Below the pieces are notes generated by a model, which saw nothing but the letters and a program-made list of their open reading frames with translations, was not told the DNA's origin and searched no databases. Shown one piece after another: positions 16,088-23,730 of a stretch of DNA of 46,237 nucleotides. The DNA comes from a virus, in the IMG/VR virus record IMGVR_UViG_3300031372_000011, positions 1-46,237 of that record, one strand, 5' to 3'. The stretch's first letter is position 1. Every line of letters begins with the position of its first letter. The translations under genes were made by a program, and so were the position numbers.

Positions 16088-16751
16088 TACTTCCAGCTAT
16101 CCATTGCTTCGTCAAGGCTAACAGGCCTTTCATCAATATGTGGAGCAAAGTCAGTTATGCGGAATGGTTGGGTGTCCTTACCACGGTTGACGTTGGCTAT
16201 CATACTTGATATCAACGCTGCCGCCCATTCAGTCCGCATCATTGAGTTAAGGCTGCCGTATTTTGCTCGGTATTTTACCCAAACCCAGTACTCGCTGAGG
16301 CTCATGAACTCCTTTGCCTCAGCTATCGTACGCCCTCCGATACCGTTAAGCACCAATTCGCACCAGATATCATCCTCGCCTGTTAGCTCTTCATCTTTCC
16401 CAGATCGTTGACCTCTTGAATAGCAACCATCAACGATATACTAAGTTCGCTATTTAGCGCTCCACGTTCTGGGTCCGCTTCCCCTGTTATATCTTCGGGG
16501 GTAAAAATTGACTTGCCGTGTTCATCACAAATCAGCGCAGCAATATATGCAGCCATATAATCTTGGTTTTTACTAGAGGCCAGTGCACTAGATTTAGCTG
16601 ATTGATACCCCGCGGGCCGTACATATACAGTAGCTTTTAATTCAACTTCTTGTTGTGTCTCTACATCCTTCTGTTTCCAGGTGATCTCCTTTTCTACCGG
16701 TCGCCCGGTGAATGCCCCAACGCCTTTTAGCGAATCAATGCTTAATTTCAT
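16087..16751 (-). CDS. Tail assembly chaperone G-T fusion product made by -1 programmed frameshift
   Basis: The 16087-16356 ORF stays open in the -1 frame back to the GGGAAAG heptamer at 16395-16401, near the end of the G frame. The predicted junction reads ...NDLGKDEELTGEDDIW... Confidence 0.7.
16383..16751 (-). CDS. Tail assembly chaperone (lambda G-like)
   Basis: A 122-aa ORF lies between the major tail protein and the tape measure, and its 3' end contains the slippery heptamer. Confidence 0.75.
   Translation of the reverse strand: MKLSIDSLKGVGAFTGRPVEKEITWKQKDVETQQEVELKATVYVRPAGYQSAKSSALASSKNQDYMAAYIAALICDEHGKSIFTPEDITGEADPERGALNSELSISLMVAIQEVNDLGKMKS
16395..16401 (-). promoter_or_regulatory. 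-1 ribosomal frameshift slippery site G GGA AAG
   Basis: The minus strand reads CTG GGA AAG ATG. The heptamer is identical to the lambda G/GT slip site and is in the correct X XXY YYZ phase. Confidence 0.75.
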
Positions 16752-16767
16752 ATTGTTACCATCGAAT

Positions 16768-16797
16768 TAAAAAAATGAGGGGTGTTCACCACCCCGC
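16768..16797 (-). terminator. Intrinsic terminator/attenuator after the major tail gene
   Basis: On the minus strand, GGGGTG-GTGAA-CACCCC is followed by TCATTTTTTT. Confidence 0.55.
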
Positions 16798-16810
16798 CGG
16801 AAACAGTAAA

Positions 16811-17293
16811 TCAGGTTGTTGACACCACCTTACGAACCCAGACGCCAGGACCACTTCGCTGCATGGTTGCGGCAGTAGCAACGACGGCATTAGCTTGGAA
16901 ATCGAAAGGAAAATCGCTGACATAAGCTTGGAAGGTGTACCAGGTGCGGCCTTCTGGTAGGGACATTTCACCACTTACAACCGTCGGTGGGACCTCGCCA
17001 TCCGACCAGCCAATAGCCCACTGAATAAGCTCATCCTCGCCTTCTTCTGTTTCGGCTAACTGCCACATCAGATAATGGGAATCGTTCTTCGGATCGGCGT
17101 TAATCGTGACAGATGCTTGCCCTGGAGTTCGCAGCCCTTTTTTGTAGGAGCGGCTATTTCTCTCGCTCAAGCAGGTGTCTTCAATCTGATCCGCTGGGTT
17201 GCTGCCAGGACTGAACGCCGTAATACATTCGATCTCATGAACTACGCCTTGGATAAGGCCATATAGTTGCGTGCCTTGTGTCAATACAGACAT
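16811..17293 (-). CDS. Major tail (tube) protein
   Basis: A 160-aa ORF lies immediately upstream of G/GT and is flanked by attenuator hairpins. Its size and position are typical. Confidence 0.75.
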   Translation of the reverse strand: MSVLTQGTQLYGLIQGVVHEIECITAFSPGSNPADQIEDTCLSERNSRSYKKGLRTPGQASVTINADPKNDSHYLMWQLAETEEGEDELIQWAIGWSDGEVPPTVVSGEMSLPEGRTWYTFQAYVSDFPFDFQANAVVATAATMQRSGPGVWVRKVVSTT

Positions 17294-17310
17294 GGGTTAT
17301 CTCCGGTCAT

Positions 17311-17334
17311 AAAAAAACCGGCTCAAGGCCGGTG
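17311..17334 (-). terminator. Intrinsic terminator/attenuator upstream of the major tail gene
   Basis: On the minus strand, CCGGC-CTTGA-GCCGG is followed by TTTTTTT. Confidence 0.6.
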
Positions 17335-17351
17335 TGTTGAAAATTCGGGTT

Positions 17352-17717
17352 TTAGCGCTTAACTAGCCAGTCAATATCGAAGGAATATCGGTAGCTCTTT
17401 GTTTCGGGGTCTCTCCCCTGTTGGCCCCAGCGGGTGATGTACGCATGCGGCTCAATGGCATCTCGCAACGCCTTGGCCACCGCTATGCTGCTGGCTACGG
17501 TTTTGGCGTAGACGTCAACTTGAAGCGAATAGCGATCTACATCCGGCGGCGTGTCGAGGTACATCTCAGGATCACCGCCAACGTTCTGCCACACCACATA
17601 GGGGTAAACCACGTTGTCGTCTTGCAGGCCAAAGGGGTAAAGCCTGACCGGTGCGCTACCGATCAGCGCGGTTACTGCCGGGCTGCCAGCGCAAGCAGCA
17701 AAGATGGGGGCAATCAT
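17352..17717 (-). CDS. Tail completion / tail terminator protein (DUF3168-like)
   Basis: The call rests on position between the gp10-like gene and the major tail gene, plus the 121-aa size. Confidence 0.55.
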   Translation of the reverse strand: MIAPIFAACAGSPAVTALIGSAPVRLYPFGLQDDNVVYPYVVWQNVGGDPEMYLDTPPDVDRYSLQVDVYAKTVASSIAVAKALRDAIEPHAYITRWGQQGRDPETKSYRYSFDIDWLVKR

Positions 17718-18202
17718 GATCCCCCTCCCTGGTTGCCAGCTCGAGCTATGGCGCGGTCGAGGGCTTTCTCATACTCAATGGCAAACGTGTTGATCACCTC
17801 TGGAACGTTATCCTCGGCCGCCGGGCGCATGATGGGCTGGGCCCGCATTTTCTCGGTGCCAAACTCAAGCAGGCGCCAGTGCGGGGTCGGGGCATTCCTG
17901 GCTTTATCCGGATGGTTTTTTATAACCGCGCCGTGGAGCACACCGATCCTGAATGCGAGGTTACCCGTTCTCTTGAAAACACGATTGTTCCACCGCATTG
18001 CAATGTTATCGGCAATTCGGCGGCCGGTGACCGGATCATCAACGCGCTGTGCGTTGGCTTTTGCTTTTGCAACGATTACATTGCCCGCTTTCCTCAGAGC
18101 GGCGCGGCCACCCTTGCGCTTCACGTCATTGCTGACAGTCGCAAGCTTGGCCATCAATGCATCGATACCGGTAATTGAATACTCTACGCCATCAGCCATC
18201 AT
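17714..18202 (-). CDS. HK97 gp10-family head-tail / tail component protein
   Basis: The motif WRLLEFGTEKMRAQP is typical of the HK97 gp10 family. The ATG at 18202 is preceded by GAAGG. The track start at 18238 is a TTG inside the upstream gene. Confidence 0.65.
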   Translation of the reverse strand: MMADGVEYSITGIDALMAKLATVSNDVKRKGGRAALRKAGNVIVAKAKANAQRVDDPVTGRRIADNIAMRWNNRVFKRTGNLAFRIGVLHGAVIKNHPDKARNAPTPHWRLLEFGTEKMRAQPIMRPAAEDNVPEVINTFAIEYEKALDRAIARAGNQGGGS

Positions 18203-18542
18203 TTGCGCCTTCTGAGCAGGGAAGCGTGAAATACTCAAGACCGCTGACAGGGTCCGGCAACACGCCCTCGATGTTGTAAATTTTCCCGCGAAAGAGAATG
18301 CGGCAGTCCGGAGTTACATCATCCCGCCGGCGGATGGTGATCCTGGTGGTGATGACGTTCTTGAAAGCCTGGGCGGCCACGAACTCTCTTGCCGAAAGAG
18401 GATGGACATCAGCCCATACCCCACCGTCGGTGGTCGTAGAAATGAGGTTTACCCAGCCCTTAACCATTTCGCCGCTTTGCGGATCCTGAACCATCACGGG
18501 CTTTTGCGGTATTACCCGGTGCCGTAGCTTTCCAGCCTGCAT
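18192..18542 (-). CDS. Head-tail joining (head closure) protein
   Basis: The N-terminus MQAGKLRHRV, the 116-aa size and the position are typical of the Phage_H_T_join family. Confidence 0.7.
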   Translation of the reverse strand: MQAGKLRHRVIPQKPVMVQDPQSGEMVKGWVNLISTTTDGGVWADVHPLSAREFVAAQAFKNVITTRITIRRRDDVTPDCRILFRGKIYNIEGVLPDPVSGLEYFTLPCSEGANDG

Positions 18543-18544
18543 AG

Positions 18545-18748
18545 TTACCCCTTTGGCTTTCCGCTAAGGTAAGTGTTTGTCGTGATACCTTCCTCCTCAT
18601 CCTCGCCAAAAGACTGGCAGAGCATGGCAACAAGCGCTTCGTTCGATTCAGCTAACCGGCTTATTGCCGCGGTCTGCTCCCGCTTGGCTACCGTCTCCGC
18701 TGTCAGCGCTTCGATCAATTGGTTTACCAGTTGCTCGTTCATATGCAA
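18545..18748 (-). CDS. Hypothetical small head-module protein (67 aa)
   Basis: The ORF lies in the operon between the connector genes. Confidence 0.45.
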   Translation of the reverse strand: MHMNEQLVNQLIEALTAETVAKREQTAAISRLAESNEALVAMLCQSFGEDEEEGITTNTYLSGKPKG

Positions 18749-18813
18749 TTTTCATCCACTTTTTTAGCCACTCTCGGCGGCGTTCGCAGCCCGCACAGGC
18801 CATAGAAACTCTC

Positions 18814-19143
18814 CTAAATTACCGATGGTTCCCGAAGGTCATAGATCAGCATCGTGACAGCAAACGGCAGATTGCCCTGCTGCAACTTCTCCTCCTCTTC
18901 ACCACCACGGTTGCGATCCATATAGCCCAACAGCACGAGCAGCGCATTCTGCACGCGAGTCAGCGCCTCAGTGTTCTGAATAACTGCGTCATTCTCACCG
19001 ACTATCAAAGCCCTGCTGCCTTGGATATAGGCAAGAATTGCCGCGCTGCCGCCCTGAATTTTCAATGTCAGATCGTCGTCGCCGTAGTCATCATCGATGC
19101 GCAGATGGGCTTTTGCCTGTTCAAGGCTCACAAGTTCGATCAT
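18814..19143 (-). CDS. Head-tail connector protein (gp6-like)
   Basis: The N-terminal segment LEQAKAHLRIDDDYGDDDL is typical of gp6-like connectors. The position also fits. Confidence 0.7.
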   Translation of the reverse strand: MIELVSLEQAKAHLRIDDDYGDDDLTLKIQGGSAAILAYIQGSRALIVGENDAVIQNTEALTRVQNALLVLLGYMDRNRGGEEEEKLQQGNLPFAVTMLIYDLREPSVI

Positions 19144-20174
19144 GGTTTACCGTCCCGCCCACGCTTGGCCGCCAGGGTCCACCCCTTCGAGCCATTCTCG
19201 CCAGGCTTGTCCGTGGTTACATCGTCGCAGTGCCAGAGCGAGCCGCCCCAAGTCACCGTATCGCCAGGCAGGTAGCCTTCTCCATTTTTGAATACGCCGC
19301 GGTAGATCATGACGGGGAGACAGAAGGATTTATTCACGACCGTGCCGCTGGCCATTGAAATGCTGACCTCAAAGGTTCGCGCCTCGGTCTGCTTGATGTC
19401 GGCGGCAGACATCCCGTCAACCACACACTCCCATCCCTTCATACCTGTTGTTTTCTGGTAAGCCCGCCACAACCCGCCAGAATGGGTGGCGTAGGTACCA
19501 CGTGGATAGGACTTGGTTTCATCGATAGCCGGCTGGATCTCCAGTTGCAAAGCATCCTTACCGTCAACGCCATTTTCTGGCGCGGGAACGGATGGAAGCG
19601 CTGCTACAGCATCTGTAACGGCAGATGCCACCAACGCGCCTACGTCCGGCGGTTCCGGCGCCACCGGCAGTGGGATCGCCGCTACAGCTTCGTCAACCAT
19701 GCCTTTAATATCGGGCAACTCTGGCGCAGCAACCGGTGGGATCGCCGCCACAGCGTGAGCAACGGCGGAATCAACCAACGCGCCTACGTCCGGTAGTTCC
19801 GGTGCCACCGGTACCGGGATCGCCGCTACGGCTTCGGCAACCATGCCTTTAATATCGGGTAGCTCTGGCGCAGCAACCGGCGGGATCGCCGCAATGGCGT
19901 CAGCAACAGCGGATTCAACTAATGCACCTACGTCCGGAAGTTCCGGCGTTATCGGTGCCGGGATCGCCGCCACAGCGTCAGCGACAATGCTTTTAATATC
20001 AGGCTGTGGTGTATCCTTTATCGCCTCCAAAATGGCTGTAAGATGCTCTATTTTCTTGGTAAAGGAATCAGCCTGATCCTTCAAGGCATTCTCAAACTGC
20101 TGCTTAATTTCGGTAATCTGCTCGCGAACGGCGCCACCGATCTCCTTCAATATGGATAATTCGCGGTCATTCAT
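19140..20174 (-). CDS. Repeat-containing head-module protein: N-terminal coiled coil, Ala/Pro-rich tandem repeats, C-terminal CBM5/12-like segment
   Basis: The 344-aa ORF has ATGA overlaps with both the portal and the connector gene. It contains three (A+B) repeat pairs, PELPDIKGMV..AAIPVPVA / PELPDVGALV..AAIPPVAA. The C-terminus reads YLPGDTVTWGGSLWHCDDVTTDKPG. Confidence 0.7.
   Translation of the reverse strand: MNDRELSILKEIGGAVREQITEIKQQFENALKDQADSFTKKIEHLTAILEAIKDTPQPDIKSIVADAVAAIPAPITPELPDVGALVESAVADAIAAIPPVAAPELPDIKGMVAEAVAAIPVPVAPELPDVGALVDSAVAHAVAAIPPVAAPELPDIKGMVDEAVAAIPLPVAPEPPDVGALVASAVTDAVAALPSVPAPENGVDGKDALQLEIQPAIDETKSYPRGTYATHSGGLWRAYQKTTGMKGWECVVDGMSAADIKQTEARTFEVSISMASGTVVNKSFCLPVMIYRGVFKNGEGYLPGDTVTWGGSLWHCDDVTTDKPGENGSKGWTLAAKRGRDGKP
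19600..20010. repeat. In-frame 144-bp tandem repeat, about 2.8 copies, inside the 19140-20174 CDS
   Basis: Units start at about 19672, 19816 and 19960 (GGGATCGCCGC...), with a partial diverged copy from about 19600. Unit identity is about 85-90% by eye. Confidence 0.85.
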
Positions 20175-21523
20175 GAGTTGATTATTCCTTTCAGCACGGT
20201 TTTTACGATAAAGGCTTCACTTTCTGAAAGTGCCTTATTACCAGGATCTGCGGGGTCATCATCGGCCGCTGCCGTTGCAGCACCGGAGGTGCTAAACGGG
20301 TCAGGACGAGCATCACGTTTCGCCAGCGCCTCGAGGCTGTAGTTTTGCTGCTGGAGATAAGGCGATTCACCACCGACAACCGGCGGCATGTTCTCTTTCT
20401 TCCTGGCCTCATTCGGCGAGAGCAACGCACTTTTAACGCCATCGCCCAACACTTTGTAGCGAGTTTGCGTATCCATGCGCAGCAGTACATCGAGGTCAAA
20501 CTCAACACCTGTTTTTTTGTCCAGAGCCAATCCCTCATCCATCAGTATTTCCATGGCCTCGATAAGCGACTGCAGACATTGAGAATAATATTGCTGATCT
20601 AATGCTTCGATATTGCTAACCGCTGGCAAATTCCCAATCCCGCCCTTATAAAGGGGAACGTGGAACGTTGAAAAGATAATTTCCGCAGTCATTTTCAACT
20701 GTTCTACCACTTGAGAGTCAGCCGCGCTCATGGCCATTGGAGCATAAGTAGCCCCGTCAGCCAGCACCGCAGTACGACCTGCGTTTTCACCTGAATACCC
20801 AGACTCCCAGGACTCTTTGATAATTGCTATTTTCTCTTTACTGACGCTACCAGGTAGGGTGAGCACCCCTGCTGGTTTACCGCCATTCTTGAAGAACAGC
20901 GCGTTGCCGTTCTGGATGTAAAACCCCTGCATTGCAGAAATACCGCAGGCAAAAATTGGAGATAGTCCAACCAGTGGATGAAACAAACAGTTGAATCGGT
21001 CGTGAATAATCTCTCTCGCCGGCACAGTTACCGACGTATCAAGGCCGGAGATGTTATCCGCCATCAGCTGGTAGAACACCGCCCCATCATCGGATACCAG
21101 AGGGGTAACGCGATTGGGATCCAGTACACGCCATTCCTTCACATCACCTTTGGCATCGCGCACTTGCAAAACGTAGGTGTTGCCATGGGCCAACTTGGAG
21201 ATCAGCCAACTCTCAAAAAACTGTATCCGAGTCTGGATTGAATTTGGTTTTGCCAGCAGCCTGGCGATCGGGTTGTCTTTATCTATATCCTGCCAGATAC
21301 CATCCGAGGTTTTCCCTTTAAGCAAGGCAGGCATTTTTGATATATCGCTGGATATCAGGCTAATGCACGTAAAGACAGCGTGGTTAGCCAGAACAACATC
21401 CTGGCTTACCTCGATATTTTTCTGCCAAGCTCCCGCAAATGCCTCGCGGATCAGCGAAACCCAGCCACCACGGCTGTTAGGTTGCTGTAGCGATTTTTCT
21501 TTTCGCTTAAAGGGATTCCACAT
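20171..21523 (-). CDS. Portal protein (HK97 family)
   Basis: The 450-aa ORF has typical HK97-type portal segments (HAVFTCISLISSDISKMP, GNTYVL, HDRF...HPLVGLSP, AEIIFSTFHVP). Confidence 0.88.
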   Translation of the reverse strand: MWNPFKRKEKSLQQPNSRGGWVSLIREAFAGAWQKNIEVSQDVVLANHAVFTCISLISSDISKMPALLKGKTSDGIWQDIDKDNPIARLLAKPNSIQTRIQFFESWLISKLAHGNTYVLQVRDAKGDVKEWRVLDPNRVTPLVSDDGAVFYQLMADNISGLDTSVTVPAREIIHDRFNCLFHPLVGLSPIFACGISAMQGFYIQNGNALFFKNGGKPAGVLTLPGSVSKEKIAIIKESWESGYSGENAGRTAVLADGATYAPMAMSAADSQVVEQLKMTAEIIFSTFHVPLYKGGIGNLPAVSNIEALDQQYYSQCLQSLIEAMEILMDEGLALDKKTGVEFDLDVLLRMDTQTRYKVLGDGVKSALLSPNEARKKENMPPVVGGESPYLQQQNYSLEALAKRDARPDPFSTSGAATAAADDDPADPGNKALSESEAFIVKTVLKGIINS

Positions 21524-21693
21524 CAGTCTTTCTCCGTGCGATTTTTCTTGCTGCGACGTCCACCAGCACGTTTTTCACTGATGTATTCCACTTTGCCCAG
21601 CAGCCACAACACTCTGGCGCACTGGTCATCAATCTCTTTCTCTTCACCGCGGAAAGAATCATGAGTGCTCTTCAGGTAGATGACTTTTGCCAT
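21523..21693 (-). CDS. Possible small protein (56 aa) between the capsid and portal genes
   Basis: I translated this by hand as MAKVIYLKSTHDSFRGEEKEIDDQCARVLWLLGKVEYISEKRAGGRRSKKNRTEKD. Its stop overlaps the portal ATG (TGATG). It falls below the ORF-track cut-off. Confidence 0.45.
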   Translation of the reverse strand: MAKVIYLKSTHDSFRGEEKEIDDQCARVLWLLGKVEYISEKRAGGRRSKKNRTEKD

Positions 21694-21728
21694 GCAAAAT
21701 GGCGGGGAAGATCCCCGCCCTCCTTCTA

Positions 21729-23672
21729 TCAGGTTGTAGAGTTGGCACCGTAGTTAACGTTGGTAACGCGTGCAACAGCTGCGCTACGGCGACGCTTCCA
21801 GTTAATCCAGCGCTCTGCGCGGATTGCTACACTGTTGGTCTGCCACATAGATACCAACTCGGTACCTGTTGGCGTAACGCTATCACCCGTTGGTGCACTC
21901 TCCATTTCCAGAGAAGCTTCGCTGGACATGTCAACGGCTACGCCGCCGTCATCCGCCAGGTAGATATCCGGCGCATTCACAAGAACCAACTGATTCCCAA
22001 CGTACTGTGAAACGATCGCTGGAAGTCCTTGGAAAGTCCCGCCAAGCATGGTCATCTCAGGGTATTCCTTCTGACCCAGCGGGTTCTTACGCATAGAGAG
22101 CGCCAGCGCAGTGGTACTGGACATGAGCCACACGCCGCCTGTCGGTTGCAGTTCGGCATCAATGAATTGGCCGAAGGCAGCTGCAGCATCATCGTCTGGG
22201 TTACCAGTTGAAGGGATACCCACAATTCCATTGGTGATCGATGCCGGTGATACTCCCGCAACCTCCGCTTTCGCCGGGTTAATGAAGTCAGTATCCAGAC
22301 GAGCAATAACTGACTCTGCCAGGCCATTACGAACCAAGGCATCGGCTGATGGCGTGGAGAATCGGATCAGCTCTTCGGTCAGTACAGAAATTGCAGCAAC
22401 TTTGGCAAACCCGAAAGTGATTGATTCAAAATCGAATTTGGTTAATGGCTTCGGCTTACCCTGGCCAACCCATTGCGCAGCACCGCCGCTGGTCTGAGCA
22501 TTAACACGAATGTTGAATGGCACTTGGCGCAATGCTGGAATACCACCCTGACCAAAGCGACCAATAATGGTTTGAGGACGCAGGAATTCAACGAAGTCAT
22601 TCGCGAAATCCTGATATTCGACCAGAGAACCAGCCCAAGTAGGATCGGTTGTGGTACCAGCACTCACCGCCGCCTTCAGGACGTGGTGCAGCTTGGTGTC
22701 ATCCGGATACTTACTTTTTGCAATTGTCAGCGCTTCAGAACGGATCCCCTTGGCTGCCGCAAGCGATTTGGTGAATCGGGCGAAGGCAATCCCTTTTTCA
22801 AGCTTCTGCTCCACACGAATGATGCCGGGTGCGCGGTTGTCCACGACGGCCACCGTGCCGCTTGCTGCCTTAGCCACTGGCTTGGCGCTATTAGCCTGAG
22901 CCTTTTCCATGTCATGTAGGCGAACCAGATGGATGTCCACGGATTTAATTTCTGACGAGTTCAGCTCGTACTGCTCTTCTTCTTCGGCATCCAGCGTGCG
23001 GCCTTCTTCGGCAGCCTTGGCCATGATGGTATCCAATGCCGCTGCCAGCGCTGAACGCTTAGACTCGAAGCTCTTGATCTGCTCTGCGAGGTTCATATTT
23101 TTTCCTTTATTTTCAGTTAGTTTTTTTGCTGTAGCGCCAGCGGGGGTATTGAGTTTTACGACCGGTTTTTCATTGCCTGACGCGGCGAAAAACTGATGGT
23201 CGAGAGATTTAATGGTCTGGATGGTGCAATCGGCATTTGCCGGGATAGTCACGGCTGAAACCTCGAAGAGGTCCCATGAGATAAATTTGATCCCGTCGTC
23301 CAGGTAGGAATATTCAATTGGCAAGAAACCAATGGATAACCCACCAACAAGCCCCGATTTGATTGATGCCCATGCCTCATCAAGGCGGGCGGCCAGTTGT
23401 GACGGCATGTCCGGTGTTGGCTTCACCAACCTGGCGGTGATCTGGATCCCCTCTTTCACCAGCGACGGTGTGCAGTTGCCGATCGGTTGAGACCGGTCGT
23501 GCTGCCAAAGGAATGGGGTACTTTCGCGAAACTTCGCGCCGGTTGGCTCCATGACGTCGCCGTAACGATCTGGTGTTGGTGTTGACGCAATGCCGGTAAT
23601 TTCACGCAGTTCCTCGTTAACGGCCTTGAGCGTCATGAGGCTGTAGGCGCGTTTCTGCGTCTTATCAGTCAT
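21729..23672 (-). CDS. Prohead serine protease (HK97/S78-like) fused to an HK97-fold major capsid protein
   Basis: The first ~180 aa are protease-like (GIASTPTPDRYGDVMEP...FLWQHD...). A coiled-coil delta-like segment (NLAEQIKSFESKRSALAAALD...) and a capsid body follow in one 647-aa ORF. Confidence 0.8.
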   Translation of the reverse strand: MTDKTQKRAYSLMTLKAVNEELREITGIASTPTPDRYGDVMEPTGAKFRESTPFLWQHDRSQPIGNCTPSLVKEGIQITARLVKPTPDMPSQLAARLDEAWASIKSGLVGGLSIGFLPIEYSYLDDGIKFISWDLFEVSAVTIPANADCTIQTIKSLDHQFFAASGNEKPVVKLNTPAGATAKKLTENKGKNMNLAEQIKSFESKRSALAAALDTIMAKAAEEGRTLDAEEEEQYELNSSEIKSVDIHLVRLHDMEKAQANSAKPVAKAASGTVAVVDNRAPGIIRVEQKLEKGIAFARFTKSLAAAKGIRSEALTIAKSKYPDDTKLHHVLKAAVSAGTTTDPTWAGSLVEYQDFANDFVEFLRPQTIIGRFGQGGIPALRQVPFNIRVNAQTSGGAAQWVGQGKPKPLTKFDFESITFGFAKVAAISVLTEELIRFSTPSADALVRNGLAESVIARLDTDFINPAKAEVAGVSPASITNGIVGIPSTGNPDDDAAAAFGQFIDAELQPTGGVWLMSSTTALALSMRKNPLGQKEYPEMTMLGGTFQGLPAIVSQYVGNQLVLVNAPDIYLADDGGVAVDMSSEASLEMESAPTGDSVTPTGTELVSMWQTNSVAIRAERWINWKRRRSAAVARVTNVNYGANSTT

Positions 23673-23691
23673 TACTGACCTCCTGAAACGG

Positions 23692-23711
23692 AAAAACCCG
23701 CCGAAGCGGGT
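23692..23711 (-). terminator. Hairpin plus T-run between TerL and the protease-capsid gene
   Basis: On the minus strand, ACCCGC-TTCG-GCGGGT is followed by TTTTT. The same stem sequence occurs at 8797-8812. Confidence 0.55.
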
Positions 23712-23730
23712 GTGTTTTTGATGTGTTCTA

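Noticed and set aside
17421-18215. 264-aa plus-strand ORF
   Set aside because: It is antisense to three well-supported head-tail genes, is Arg/Ala/Ser-rich and low-complexity, and has no RBS. It is a shadow ORF.
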